DNA of 64,000 nt from the human T2T-CHM13v2.0 reference genome, Homo sapiens (GCF_009914755.1 NC_060935.1); one strand, 5' to 3'. Counted from the first letter of the stretch, positions 13,726 through 29,109 are shown. Notes: generated from the letters alone by a model not told the origin. Translations and numbers: made by a program.

Positions 13726-14282
13726 TATAACTACTCCCCCTCTTTCTTTAAGAAAACTAATTCGGGGAATTGAGTAACCCATCCCACTCTGCTTTTCTCT
13801 TTTATAATGGTATAGCAAATTTCTCATGCTTTACTTCAGAAAGAAAATTTGTGGGCTGGGCACAGTGGCTCACTCCTGTAATCTCAGCTCTTTGAGAGGC
13901 CAAGGTGGGAGGATTGTTTTAGATACATTAATTTAATCTTCACAGTGTTCCTACAATATAGGTGCTATTGATAATTCTGAGTTAGAGGTTATAGTTAACT
14001 ATGATCACGCCACTGCTCTGTGAGACTCTAAATGAAAAAAGAAAAGGAAAGAAAATTTGTTTTATTTCTGAAGACTCCTATTAATGCATCTGTGTGTTTA
14101 CATAAACAGTATGCTATTAATTGAAACGTGTTTAAGAAGTAATTTTGTCCGTGATTCTGGAAAATTTTGACTTGTTGATTACCTGGATATAAAGCAAGGT
14201 CTTTTTCTCCCCAAAAATAACTCTCAGAAAAGAGTAAGTCACTGTTCTACTTACAAAACCTCACAAAGGATTGTTTGGAGGA

Positions 14283-14401
14283 GAAGCTACTTTGGTCTAT
14301 ATTAGTTAAGTACTTACCTGTGGAAGCTATTTTGGTTCATATTAGTTAAGTACTTACCTGTGGAAGCTACTTTGGTTCATATTAGTTAAGTACTTGTGGA
14401 A
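14283..14401. repeat. 40-bp tandem repeat, about 3 copies
   Basis: Unit GAAGCTAYTTTGGTTCATATTAGTTAAGTACTTACCTGTG starts at 14283, 14323 and 14363; the third copy lacks ACCT. Confidence 0.95.
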
Positions 14402-14613
14402 ATTCTGAATCTACATCCACAGCACAGACCTGTGAATGGGAAAACTGCCTGAATATACAGAAAACGGGGTACTTAGGGTTTAGGTTTAAAAGCTCACAAG
14501 AATTTAAAAAGTGTTTTAACTTGAACATTTACAAATAAAGGGAAGGTGATAATATTTTGAAAAAAAGTAAGTGACTCAGTGACTCTAGTGAACTTTCTTG
14601 ATGTGTAACTTAG

Positions 14614-14937
<324 letters not shown>

Positions 14938-17195
14938 TAGGCGTGAGCCACCATGTCTAGCTGCTTTTCTTTTTTAATATTGGAATTTGACTCTAATAAT
15001 TTTATTGTCTGTTTAAAGCAAGTGGACTATTGCTGGATCTTAGAAGTCTTTCAGCTATGTAAAGATTTGTGTAGCACATTTTGACATATACAGTTAACTG
15101 CTTAGGGGTTTTGTATCTCTGAAAACCTTTCCAGGTAACTACTTTATCTTTGTTGTTTTTCCTTACAGAGTGAGTCTGTAGAACATTTGTAGGGATCTGA
15201 TATTATAATTTTATCTTCTGTTTTAGATTACTTTGAACATGTAATTGTGATTGTTCCTTTTCTTTTGCAATTATCATCTGGGCCCTTAGTGCTCATTTTT
15301 TTCATTTCCAGTTTATTGTTCCACCCCAAACAGCAATTGTTTAAACCTTTTCTTGCTGAGCCTCACCCCTCTTAATTCTTAGTACATTACTTTACCCAGC
15401 TATTTGAAGTGCCCTTAACTTCCTTGGTCGATACCAAACATTTTTCTTGTTTCTCCTATGTTCTTCTCTGTTCCATGCTACCTCCCAAATTGTCTCATTC
15501 TGCTTGTTCTTTTTCAGTCCTCATCTTCCCCCCAGGACTTGGTGGTATGTCCCCTCTTACTTTTTTTTTTTTTTTCAGTTTCCCTTTTTTCTCCTATGCC
15601 TATAAGAAAGTTCATATGTCGCGTCATATAAACTTTTCTTTTTTTTGGAGATGGAGTTTCGCTCTTGTTGCCCAGGCTGGAGTGCAGTGGTGTGGATCTC
15701 CACTCACTGCAACCTCCGCCTCCCAGGTTCAAGCAATTCTCCTGCCTCAACCTCCTGAGTAGCTGGGATTACAGGCACACGCCACCACACCCAGCTTATT
15801 TTTGTATTTTTAGTAGAGACGGGATTTTACCATATTGGCCAGGATGGTCTCAAACTCCTGACCTCAAGCGATCCGCCTACCTCGGCCACCCAAAGTGTTG
15901 GGATTACAGGTGTGAGCCACTGCACTCTGCCTCCTCATACAAACTTGTACTCTGCCTCTGCCTCAAACTTCTGTTTCTCACTGTCACAGTTCTTGGAAAA
16001 GCAGCCCCCATTTGCTGCCTTTATAATTCTTTGCCCTTTAACTTAATGATATGGCTTACTCTTCTCTCCCACCCAATTGTATAGAACCTGTCAGTCATAA
16101 AAGTATTAGCAACCTCCTGATTATCAAATGAGATTCTTCTCTGATAATATTTATCCTCTTTTCTGGTATTATTGCTCATTTCCTCTGCTTCTCTTTTGGT
16201 TTTTATGACATTCCCTCCTTGGTCTTCTCTCTCTCAAATCACGTTTGTTTTTCACTGACTTCCCTCCCCTGTCCCCAATAGAATTATTTCTCAGGATTTT
16301 ATCTTCAGCCCTTTTCTATCTTTGTATATTTTTTTCTGGGACAGTCTTAACTCCCATGATTTCACTATTTTTATCTCTTAGCTCTGATCTGAGCTCTAGA
16401 TCAAAATGCAGTTCTCACCATATCACTTTCCTGTTCAGATACCTTTGATGATTCAAATTATTTGAGATCTTTCCAGCTGGGTCTTCTCCTGATAACTAGT
16501 ATTCTCTCTCTCTGTCTCTTGTCTCTCTCTCTCATACATGTGTGCGTACACACCCCTACTTAGCTGGTTACTTGTTGGCTCACTAGCATGCCAGAGGTCG
16601 TCATCTCCCTAATAACTAACTCTTAACTTTCATTCTCTCTCCTTCTGATTGGATCTAGTGAGATGGAGGCACAAGAAGGCAGTAGTATATAACCGAACCA
16701 CAAGATAAATCAAACTTTAAACTGAAATATGATTCATACTACTTTTCTCAGTGGACTTTTTTTTATCCTTTAAGAGGAAAGAAAATGGAAATGTAAAGCA
16801 GTGATTCAGAGTGTCTATAGAGGCCGGGCATGGTGGCTCATGCCTGTAATCCCAGCACTTTGGGAGGATGAGGTGAGAGGATTACCTGAGGCCGACCTGG
16901 GCAATGTAGCAAGACCCTGTCTCTATAAAACAACAACAATAAAAAGTGCCTGTAAAAGTTATTCATTATTAAAATAACTTTATTGACATCCATATGCAAG
17001 GTACCATGGAGAATGCAAAGATATGTAGAACAATGTCCATGCTCTTTGGGAATTTACCATATGCTAAAGGAGAGTAAAAGGTACTAATGATTTATGATAA
17101 GGCAAAAGTTTCAGATGTGTTACCAACTGCTCTATGCTCCCTCACAGATTGAGGAAATAATTTCTGGTGGGATGATCAGTGAAAATTTTATGGAG

Positions 17196-17245
17196 AAAGT
17201 GTTGGAGCTGGATTTTGAATAAAGTGTTGGAGCTGGATTTTGAAT
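17196..17245. repeat. Perfect 25-bp tandem duplication
   Basis: AAAGTGTTGGAGCTGGATTTTGAAT occurs twice in tandem. Confidence 0.95.
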
Positions 17246-17879
17246 AATGGGTAAGCTTTTTGTATTGGTAATTAGGAGAAAATTTGGTAGGAATCTAGGC
17301 TAGATCAGTGTGGCTGCAGTGTAAGCAGGGCTGCATGCTGTGTTAGATATTCTATATGAATAGTGTTCCTTGGGATTGTTGCAGCATAGAAACCCAGAAT
17401 ACAGGGAAACAACAAGAGGGATAGGAGTGAAAGGGAAGTCGGGTCAGATTACAAAGGGCCTTCAGTGCTAGGCAAGGGGTTTGAAATAAAGTTCTATAGT
17501 TACTGAGGAATATTTGAAAAATATGTGGGCAGAGATACTCTCAAGCCCTCAATCTATTTTTGGCTTTTACACATAAATAAAAGTTATTATATTTTCTGTA
17601 TATTTATAATCTGCTTGTGAGATTGGCCATGGATGAGGGGCATTTGTGCCAGTGACATCTTGTTCATTGAAACCGTAACCATAGCAGGAGTAATTAAGTC
17701 TATGGGAAATACATTTATTCATTGAACGAGAATTTAGTATTTCCTAATTCTAACTAGATAATGATGAACTAGGCAGACAGCTCCTGCCCTTGTATAATTT
17801 ACATTTTTGTTGGGAAGAGAGACAATAAACATAAACAGTGAAATACATACTGTAAGTCAAGTTGTGATAGGTACTATGA

Positions 17880-18264
<385 letters not shown>

Positions 18265-19260
18265 TGAGGAGATAATAGTTGAGGTAAAACCAGAATGAAG
18301 CAAGGGAGCAAGTCATGTACATATTTAGAAGAGTTCCTTGTAGAGGGAACAGCCAGTGTGAAAGCACAGAGTCAGGATCATGCTTGGCAAGGAATATGGA
18401 TGTGATACGAAGATTTGAATATCATCGGTGAATGTGGTTAAGGTGCATAACCAGAGAATTCTTTTTAATATGTCTAGTTAAACATAAATGAGAACCTTAT
18501 TAAGAACTTGTCAATTTTTCATTGGGTTGATAGAAATTGCCCTCTTGAAACGTATATCTAAGAGGGACATGGGCCTTAGAGCGGCCTTCCCCTCCTTCAG
18601 TGTACTGTCCTAGAGAGATGGTTGCATTCGACACAGCCTAGGGAGGAAACAAATTTCAAGGGTGTCTGTGTTGGTCATGGGTAGGAATGGGAGAGGGAAT
18701 AGTGGACTAATCAGTAACTGTAAAACTTTGTGATACATGTAAATGGTAGAATCTTTCATGTTCTATGAAAATAAATGATTGAACAATTACCATAATCTGG
18801 AGGTGATGTATGTTAATTAAAACTTCTAAAAGGAAGTGGCAGCTCAGGATAAATTTTGATCAGTCATTTTTCAGTAGATTAGAGGAGGGGAATTTTAGAC
18901 TGCTGGAAGGTAGAAAGAGGATACTAGGCATCTTTCTAGTAAAAAGAGAGGTTTTGTTTTTGTTTTTGTTTGTTTTGAGAGGAGGTCTCACTCTCACACA
19001 AGCTGCAGTGCAGTGGCATGATCATGGCTCACTGCAGTCTTGATCTCCCAGGATCAAGCGATCCTCCCACTTTAGCCTCCTGAGTGGCTGAGACTACAGG
19101 CACATACCACCCTAGGTCTGGCTAATTTTTTATAGAGATGGGATCTCACCATATTGCCCAGACTGGTCTCCACTCCTGAGCTCCAGTGATCTTCCTGCGT
19201 AGGCCTCCCAAAGTGCTGGGATTACAGGAATGAGCAAAAGAGCTAGTCAGCCAGAGAGGT

Positions 19261-19315
19261 TTTTCTTTTCTCTTCTCTTCTCTTCTCGTCTTCTCTTCTC
19301 TTCTCTTTTCTTTTC
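19261..19315. repeat. (TTCTC)n/(TTTTC)n microsatellite from an Alu tail
   Basis: Seen directly. Other simple repeats: (CT)n 5853-5873, (TATC/CATC)n 25011-25058, poly-A 1392-1426. Confidence 0.85.
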
Positions 19316-21346
19316 TGTTGAGACAGGGTCTCACTCTGTCCCCCAGTCTGGAGTACAGTGGCGCAGTCACAGCTCCCTACAGCCTTGACCTCCTCAGGCT
19401 CAGGTAATCCTCCCACCTCATCCTCCCACAGGTGCAACACCAGCATTCCCAGCTCATTTAAAAAAATGTTTAGAGACAGGGTTTTGCCATGTTGTCCAGG
19501 CTAGTCTGGAATTCCTGGGCTCAAGCAATCTGCCCTGTCCTTCCAAAGTGCTGGGATTACTGGCGTGAGCTACCACCCCTACTTGAGGTTTCTCTTAATA
19601 AATATTTTGCTTAGTGTCCTGGTGAACCCAGTTGTCATTAAGAGCCATTTGCCTCCTGCCTTGGTTAGTAGGTGGAGGAAATAGATGCCTCATATGCTCT
19701 GTAAGGAAAGCAGGGCTGGGTGCAGTAACTCACACCTGTAATCCCAGTGATTTGGGAGGCCAAGGTGAGAGTATTGCTTGAGGCCAGGAGTTTGATACCA
19801 GCCTGGGCAACCCCATTTGTACAAAAACAAACAAAAAAAAACAAACAAAAAGCAGGATACAGCTCAGGTTAAAACTTTGGTCAGAGGCTGGATGCAGTGG
19901 CTCATGCCCAACACTTTGGAAAGCAGAGGCAGGAGGATCATTTGAGGCCAGGAGTTGGAGACTAGATTGGGCAGCATAGCAAGACCTACCACCTCTACAA
20001 AAATAAAAATTAGAAAACATTGGTCAAATCCATGGAGTACATACAAATAATATCAAAGGTAATTGATCTGTGTAACTGTGGTTTGTTCATTCCATAAAAA
20101 TCTGAGCATTTATGCTGTACTGGATACCATTTTAAATTTCAGGCTGGGCACAGTGGCTCACACCTGTAATCCAAGCACTTTGGGAGATTGAGGTGGGTGG
20201 ATTACCTGAGCCCAGGAATTTTAGCCCACCCTGAACAGCATGGTGAAACTCGTCTCTACAAAAAATAAAAAATAAATACCTGGGGGTGGTGGTGTACGGT
20301 TTTAGTTCTAGCTACTCAGGAAGCTGAGTTGGGAGGCTTGCTTGAGCCCAGGAGGTTGAGGCTGCAGTGAATTGAGATCGCACCACTGCACTCCAGACTG
20401 GGCGACAAAGCAAGACCCTGTCTCAAAAAAAAAAAAAAAAAAAAAGTATCAGTGATACAATAGTGAATATGACAAAGTTCTTAGACTTTGGGGCTTATAT
20501 CCTGATGGATGAATACTGACACTAAAGACATAAAGAATACACTTGCATAGTTTTTACTGGTAATTAGGGCGGTAGCGAAAACAACGTGATAAGAATGTTC
20601 AAGGCCGGATGCGGAGGCTCACGCCTGTAATTGCAGCACTTTGAGAAGCCCAGGTGGGAAGATCGCTTGAGCCCAGGAGTTCAAGACCAGTCTGGGCAAC
20701 ATAGTAAGACCTCATCTCTACAAAAAATTTAATAATTATCCAGGCATGTTAGTGCATGCCTGTAATCTCAGCTACATGGGAGGCTGAGGCAGGAGGATTG
20801 CTTGAGCACAGATCAAGGCTGCAGTGAGCAATGTTTATGCTGCTGCACTCTAGCCTGGACGACAGAGTGAGACCCTGTCTCAAAAAAAAAAAGTGTTCGG
20901 AAGGTGGAGCCACTATTTTACTCACTTATTTACAACAGAAAATAATTTTTCCCCAAAAAACTGCTTTTGACTATTTTTTGTTGAATGTTCTTTTTCTTCC
21001 TCATGTTGACATTTCAGCCAGATCCTATAGCTTTCCTGGGCTTTTCTTAAAAGTCTGGTTATTCCAAATTAAAATTTCAGTCTCATAGCCAATCAGAGTG
21101 TCTCTTGTACCATCTCAAGACTTTGTCTCTGGATGTGCAGAGAGGAATGGAGGAAGGGCATTTTTCTTAGGTTGGTTTGGGAGGCCTGAGGTGGCATTGG
21201 AGCTGAGACCTGAATGATCTGCATTCTAAGGCAAAGGTCTTGAGGTGCAGTGATGAGCTTGGCCTGTTTGAGGAACACCTTTAAAAGGTTGCTGTGGCTG
21301 GAACATAGAATTGCAGTAGTAAGAATTACTGGTATTCAAATATATA

Positions 21347-22296
<950 letters not shown>

Positions 22297-22496
22297 TACA
22301 GTAGTTTGATTCTTTTGGTTAGTGGGGATTGGCAAATGGGGTTTTAAAATCACATAACTGGGAGCAATAGTGGCTTCATAAACAGTAAGGGAACCCACAC
22401 ATTCAAATAACTAACCTCATAATTCACATGAATTATCTAAAATACGACAACTGAGTTCCTTTGGTAAAGTTATTAGAGTGCCATTAATTGGATATA

Positions 22497-24265
22497 CAGT
22501 CATTTACTGCATATTGATGTTTTGGTCAACAACGGATCACATATATAATGGTGGTCTTATAGGATTATAATGGGAGCTAAAAAATTCCTATTGTCTGGCA
22601 ATGTTTATTGTAGCCCTTGTAACGTAGTAGTGCAATAACACATCACTCGTGTCTGTGGCGATGCTGGTGTACATAAAACTATTGTGCTGTCACTCTTATA
22701 AAAGTCTAGCACATATAATTGTATACAGTACATAATCCTTGGATAATAGGATAATAAAATTATTATCCTAATAATAATAAGTGACTGTGTTACTGGTTTA
22801 TGTATATCTTAGTCCATTTGTGTTGCTATAAAGGAATACCTGAGACTGGGTAATTTATAAAGAAAAGGTTTATTTGGCCCACAGTTCTGTAGGCTGGTGA
22901 GGTCCTCAGCCTGCTTCTACTCATGGCAGAAGGTGAAAGGGATCCTGTGTGTGTAGAGATCACACGGCAAGAAAGGAAGCAAGAGAGTGGGGAGAGGTAC
23001 CGGGCTCTTTTTAACAACCAACTCTCAGGGAACTAACAGTGAGAACTCACTCACTGCTCACCACCCTGCCCCCACCCCCACTGGCATTCATCTGTACATG
23101 AGGGATCCACCACCATGACCCAACACTTTTCATTAGGCCCACTTACAACATTGGGGATCAAATTTCAACATGAGGCTTGGTGGACAAACATCCAAACTGT
23201 AGCAGTACATTTACTGTTATATACTTGTTTTTGTTTTTAGTGTGTGTACCCTCTAATAAATTTAAAAGTTAACTGTAAAATAGCCTCAGTCAGGTCCTTT
23301 AGGAGGCATTCCAGAAGAAGGCGTTGTTACCATAGGAGATGACAGCCCCATTCAGGTTAGCATTCCCGAAGACTTTCCAGTGGGACAAGATGTGAAGGTT
23401 GAAGACAGTGATGATGATCCTGACCCTGTGGAGGCCTAGGCTAGTGTGTATGTGTGTCTTAGTTTTTAATGAAAAAGATTGAGAATAAAAAACCTTTTTT
23501 TAATAGAAAAGTTTATAGAATAAGGATATAAAGAAAGTAAATATGTTTGTGCAGCTGAATGTGTTTGTGATTTTTTTTTTTTTTGTTTTTTGTTTAAAAT
23601 AGAGACAGGGTCTCACCACGTTGCCCAGGCTGGTCTCAAACTCCTGAGCTCAAGTGATCTTTGCACCTCAGCCTCCCAGAGGGCTAGGATTAGAGGCGTG
23701 AGCCACTGTGCCTGGCCTTGTGTTTGTGTTTCACGATAAGTGTTATTTACAAAAAAGTCAAAGTTTCCCAAAAAGAGGAAAGGTTTTTAAAGTAAAAAAG
23801 TTACAATGAGCTTATATTAATTTATTATTGAAGAAAAATATTTTTGGATAATTTAGCATAGCCTAAGTGTTTATAAAGTGTACAGTAATGTCCTAGACCT
23901 TCACATTCACTCACTACTCACTCACTGACTCACCTAGAGCATCTTCCAGTCCTGCAGGCTCCATTCATGGTGAGTGCCCAATTTAGGTCTACCATTTTTT
24001 ATCTTTCATACTGTATTTTTACTGTACCTTTTCTATGTTTAGATACACAAATTCTTACCACTTTGTCCTAATTGCCTCCAGCTTCAGTACAGTTACATGC
24101 TATATAGGTTGGTAGCCTAGGATAATAGACTATACCATTTAGCCTAAGTGTATAGTAAGTAGTCTCTACCATTAGATTTGTGTAAGTACATGCTGTTATT
24201 TTCACACAACGATGAAATTGCTTAACGATGCATTTCTCAGAATGTCATTAAGTGACACATGGCTC
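22497..24265 (+). mobile_element. Tigger3/Golem DNA transposon with nested MST LTR and Alu monomer
   Basis: TA-CAGTCAT...TTT.GGTCAAC.ACGGA start; AACGATGCATTTCTCAGAA...TTAAG.GAC.CATG end followed by TA. Confidence 0.8.
22805..23204 (-). mobile_element. MaLR solo LTR (MST family)
   Basis: TTAGTCCATTT..GTTGCTATAAAGGAATACCTGAGACTGGGTAATTTATAAAGAAAA...CAAATTTCAACATGAG...CATCCAAACT.TA.CA. Confidence 0.85.
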
Positions 24266-24835
24266 TAATCCACAATCAGTATGGCGGGAACTTCACAAAT
24301 CTTAAAACAACTAAACTGGTTGTGTGGTGTTCAAAATGTTATGGGCGTGTAAAAGTAAGGTGATAAAAAAATTGCCATTAATTCTATGGATGCCATTATT
24401 TCTTGCTCTTCCTTCAGCTTGTCTTTTCATCTTAGCTTTTCTTACACCTTTGTCCTAAGCAAGATGTAGCAAGATATACAGCAATAATAACAAATTCTTT
24501 GTTTCCTTGTATTATTTTTAAATTTTATTCATTTTTTAGAGACAGGGTCTTACTCTGTCACTCAGACTGGAGTGCAGTGGGATTATCATAGGTCACTGCA
24601 GCCTTGAATTCCCGAGCTTAAGCAGTGCTCTTGCCTCAACCTCTGGAGTAGCTGTTGGGACTACTGGTGTGCACCACCACACCCAGTTAATATTTTATTT
24701 TATTTTTTATTATTTTATTTTATTTTGTTTTTGTAGAGATGGGGTCTCACCATGTTGCCCAGGCTGGTTTCAAACTCGTGGCCTCAAGTGATTGTCCTGC
24801 CTTGACCTCCCACAGTAATGGGATTATAGGCATGA

Positions 24836-24982
<147 letters not shown>

Positions 24983-26107
24983 TAGGACTGCAAGTGTGCC
25001 CCACCATGCCCATCTATCTATCTGTATCTATCTACCTATCTATCCATCGATCCATCCATTCTTAGAGATGGGGTCTTTCTTTGATGCCCAGGCTGGTCTT
25101 GAAATCCTAGCCTCAAGTGATCCTCCCACCTTGGTCTCCCAAAGTGCTGGAATTATAGGCATGAGCCCTCTCTGTTTTCTTTTAAATGCAACATTTGACA
25201 TCATTAAAATATTGCCATAATATTGTTTCTATAATTTGATGTGGTATGTTTTGTCCCAGGCGTTATGTAGGGATTTCTGGGTGTTTTCGGGGCGAACCAG
25301 TAGGTCAACATTTGTATTATTTTGTTGTAAAGTAAGTGAATTATTTAAAAATGATTCTATTGAATCATTTTGCAAGCCAGTGGATTTTTCTATTTTTGTT
25401 TACATTCTTGTGTTTAAACATTTTTATTTTTTAACATGATAACAAATACTGTATTTCTACACCATTATATATCTGCTCCTTTACTCATGACCTAGTAAAG
25501 TGGGATTGTTACAGATACGCTAATTGCTTGAAAATGCACTCCTAAATTTCAGTGGGGGATATGCATTTTTTTTAAGCAGTGATATGTTCTAGAAAGATCT
25601 ATGTAACATCTTATATTTCTGGCTGATAACACTTACCCCCAGCCCAAACACATTTTCTTTTTCCTAAGCCAATTAACACAGGACCCAAACGCATTTTTAA
25701 AAATTAAGTTATTCTTCTGTAATCCACCCTCCCTCCTTGGTCTGGGCAAATGATGGTACAGTATTTAGGCCTGAAGCCTTAGCTGTGTGCTTTTGAGATA
25801 TAAATTTTTTAACTTTCTCTGAGCCGGTGGTTCAAGACTACAGTGAGCAGTGATGGTGCCACTGCACTCCAGCCTAGGTGACAGCAAGACCCCATCTCTA
25901 AAAAAAAGTCAATTATAAAATTGAGTTGTTTTGCTTTTCTTATGGACTTTTTAGTTCTTTACATATTCTGGATGAGAGCCTTTCTTGGATATACATATTA
26001 GAAATATCCTTTCCTGGCCCAGCGTGGTGGCTCACGCCTGTAATCCTAGCACTTTGGGAGGCCAAGGCAGGTGGATCACCTGAGGTCAGGAGTTCGAGAC
26101 CAGCCTA

Positions 26108-26380
<273 letters not shown>

Positions 26381-28044
26381 CTAAAGTTAATTTTAATACA
26401 GTGCAATTTATACATTTTTTTCCCTTTATGGTTAATGCTTGGTTTTAAGGTCATATGAGTAGTTCAGATTTCTACTTGTATTAATATTTTGTTAGATTTT
26501 TAAAAACGAAAACAAAATTTTAAAATTCCTTTTATAGATTGAGTCTTAAGAATGTATCCTGGGTGTCTGGTTGAAGTTGTTGTTTGAAAAAAGAAAAAAA
26601 ACAAAGAATATATCCTGGGACCCTTCGGGAGTCCATGTACTACAGTTTAAGGAACACTATACTAGAATGTGAATTGCTTGAGGACTTTTCATTTATGTGC
26701 CCCGATGCACAGTAGAGTCTCAGATGTTTGTTCAATGAATAAATGTAATAAATGACAAGCTCCCCAAAATAAGTTTAAACTCTTCTGTCAGTTTTATTAT
26801 TCTTGCTTTTTCCTTAAAATTATTTGTTTGGGTTTCAAAAAATACAAGTATTGCTAGAATTTGTTTGAAATTTTTTTCTTTTATAAAAGGAACCTAAAAG
26901 TTTAAACAGAGTGTGGTATGAAATTTTTTATTTCAGTGGAAAGAGATATTTAACTTCTTGGAAAACAGTGTCCTCTTCCTCCTCCTCCACCATGTTTGAA
27001 AAGAAATGTCTTTTACGTAGTGATGTTTCCGCCGTATGGTTTCTAGATAATTGTCACTAAATTTTTATAATCATAGATCTTTGCAGTTTACTCTCTAAGC
27101 CTGATGAAATTAAGCCAAGGGCTGGATCTGGCCCATGGATTAGAAGCCCATTCATTCCTTATCCAGGAAAGGACCAGAGAATAGTTAATTAAGAATGTGG
27201 CTTTAACAGAGCTAAACTGCTTGGATTTGATTTCCTGCCCTGCCACTTATTGCCTATAATTTTTGACAAATAATCTAACTTAATCTCAGGTTGTACAGTG
27301 TGCATAAAATGGGAATAGGCCAGGCACAGTGATCATGCCTGTAATCCTAGCAGTTTGGGAGGCTGAGGCAGGAGGGCCACTTGATCACTTGAGGCCAAGA
27401 GTTTGAACATGCAGTGAGCTATGATTATGCCACTGCACTCTTGCCTAGGCAACAGAGCAAAATCTTGTCTCAAAAAATAATAATAATAATAATAAAGGAA
27501 TAATATCACTGAACACATAGGATAGTTGTGAAGATTAATTCATACTTGTAAAGTGTTTGGAACAGTACAGCACCTAACATGTAACAGTCAGATATTATAA
27601 AGTAAAATAATCACAGTGATTCAGTGATTTACACATCTACGCTGAAGATTATAGTGAAGTTAATAGAAGATACAAATGCTGAACTAAAATTTATTTACAG
27701 ATGTCAGATATTCAAACCATTCGTGGAAATGTAAGGAAAATCAAAAGAAGTCTTTTGTACAACAGATACCACATTACAAAATTTGTTGGCCTTTATAATC
27801 CCCAATTAGTGAAATGCCATATATTTGCAATAAAAAAAAATAGTAGAAAATCTTGGAGTGGAATGATTAAACAAAGACAGTAGAAATGAGAAATTTTTGC
27901 TAAATTCCATCCTTCCATAATCTCAATTTCAAGCATCCTACTTGATTACCTGTTACCACCCTGTCTTTCTGACTCTCTCTAGTGCTTTTATTCCAACAGT
28001 CCACCTCCACTACTAAAGCCTTCAGTTCAGTGACTCTGCTACCT

Positions 28045-29105
28045 CATTGTTTAATGTCTTATATCTGTGGTTTATAGTTTTTATCAAATTAGAAAACATT
28101 TTTGCATTTTTCTTCAAATACTCTCTACACCCTTACATCAAGATTCCAATTATGTGTAGGTTAGGTCATTTGATGTTCCACAGCTTACTGATACTCATTT
28201 AAAAAATATTTCTATGATGTTCATGCCATCCCATACCTTTTTGGTCATATAGAATATGTATAGTAGCTGACTTAATGTCCTTGTTTACTGAATGTAACAC
28301 CTGTGTCATTTCTGGGTCAGCTTCTTTTGGTGATTTTTTTTGTCTTGGTGATAGTTTATATTTTCCTGTTTCTTTGCATGCTTGGTAGTTTTTAACTGGA
28401 TGTCAGACATTGTGAGTATATGTTTTAGGGGCTTGATTTTAAAATTTTTCTCTAAATAGTTTTGGATTTGGCTGTGATGCAGTTAGGTAACTTGGAATCA
28501 GTTTGATCCTTTTGAAGCTTACCTTTAAGTTTCGTTAGAGTGTGTCCAGAATATCACTCGGGGTAGGGCTACTTTGGCTCCACTATAGACTCAATAACTT
28601 TCTGTGGACTCTACCCAATGCCTGGCACTTTAAAGGGTGTTTCCACTCTGGCTGGTAGCAACACTAACTGTTTCTGGCCCTGTGTGCACTCTGCTGATTG
28701 TTCTGCCCATTCCCATTCCTTCCTAATGGTTCTTTCCCCAGTCTCTTACAGTTTTCTCACACCCAGGTACAGGTTAGTACTCAGCCACAGGCCTCAGGGA
28801 CCTTCTGTATAGATACCCAGAGCTCCCTTGATGCCACAAATTCTAGTCACCTCAGCCTTTTCAAACTCTGAACTCTGCCTCTTAAATGTAGTGAAACCCC
28901 TAGCGGCTGTTTGGGTTTCCCCTCCTTGTGATGAGGCCTGGAGACACTCTCTAGGCAGTATGTTTGGACATTTGTAGGGCTCACCTCATTTGTTTTTCTT
29001 TTCTCAGGAAGCGCTGTCCTGCACTGCTTTTGGTTTTCTAGTTTGTTTAGGCAGGAGGGAAAATCTGGTTCCTGTTATTCTGTCATGATGGGAAGCAGAA
29101 GTCTC
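28045..29105 (-). mobile_element. Old L1M fragment
   Basis: T-rich antisense L1 signatures such as ATTTTCCTGTTTCTTTGCATG and TTGTAGGGCTCACCTCATTTGTTT; subfamily uncertain. Confidence 0.55.
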
Positions 29106-29109
29106 TTTC

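Noticed and set aside
14283-14401. CRISPR-like array
   Set aside because: The units are contiguous with no unique spacers, there are no cas genes, and the context is a primate intron.
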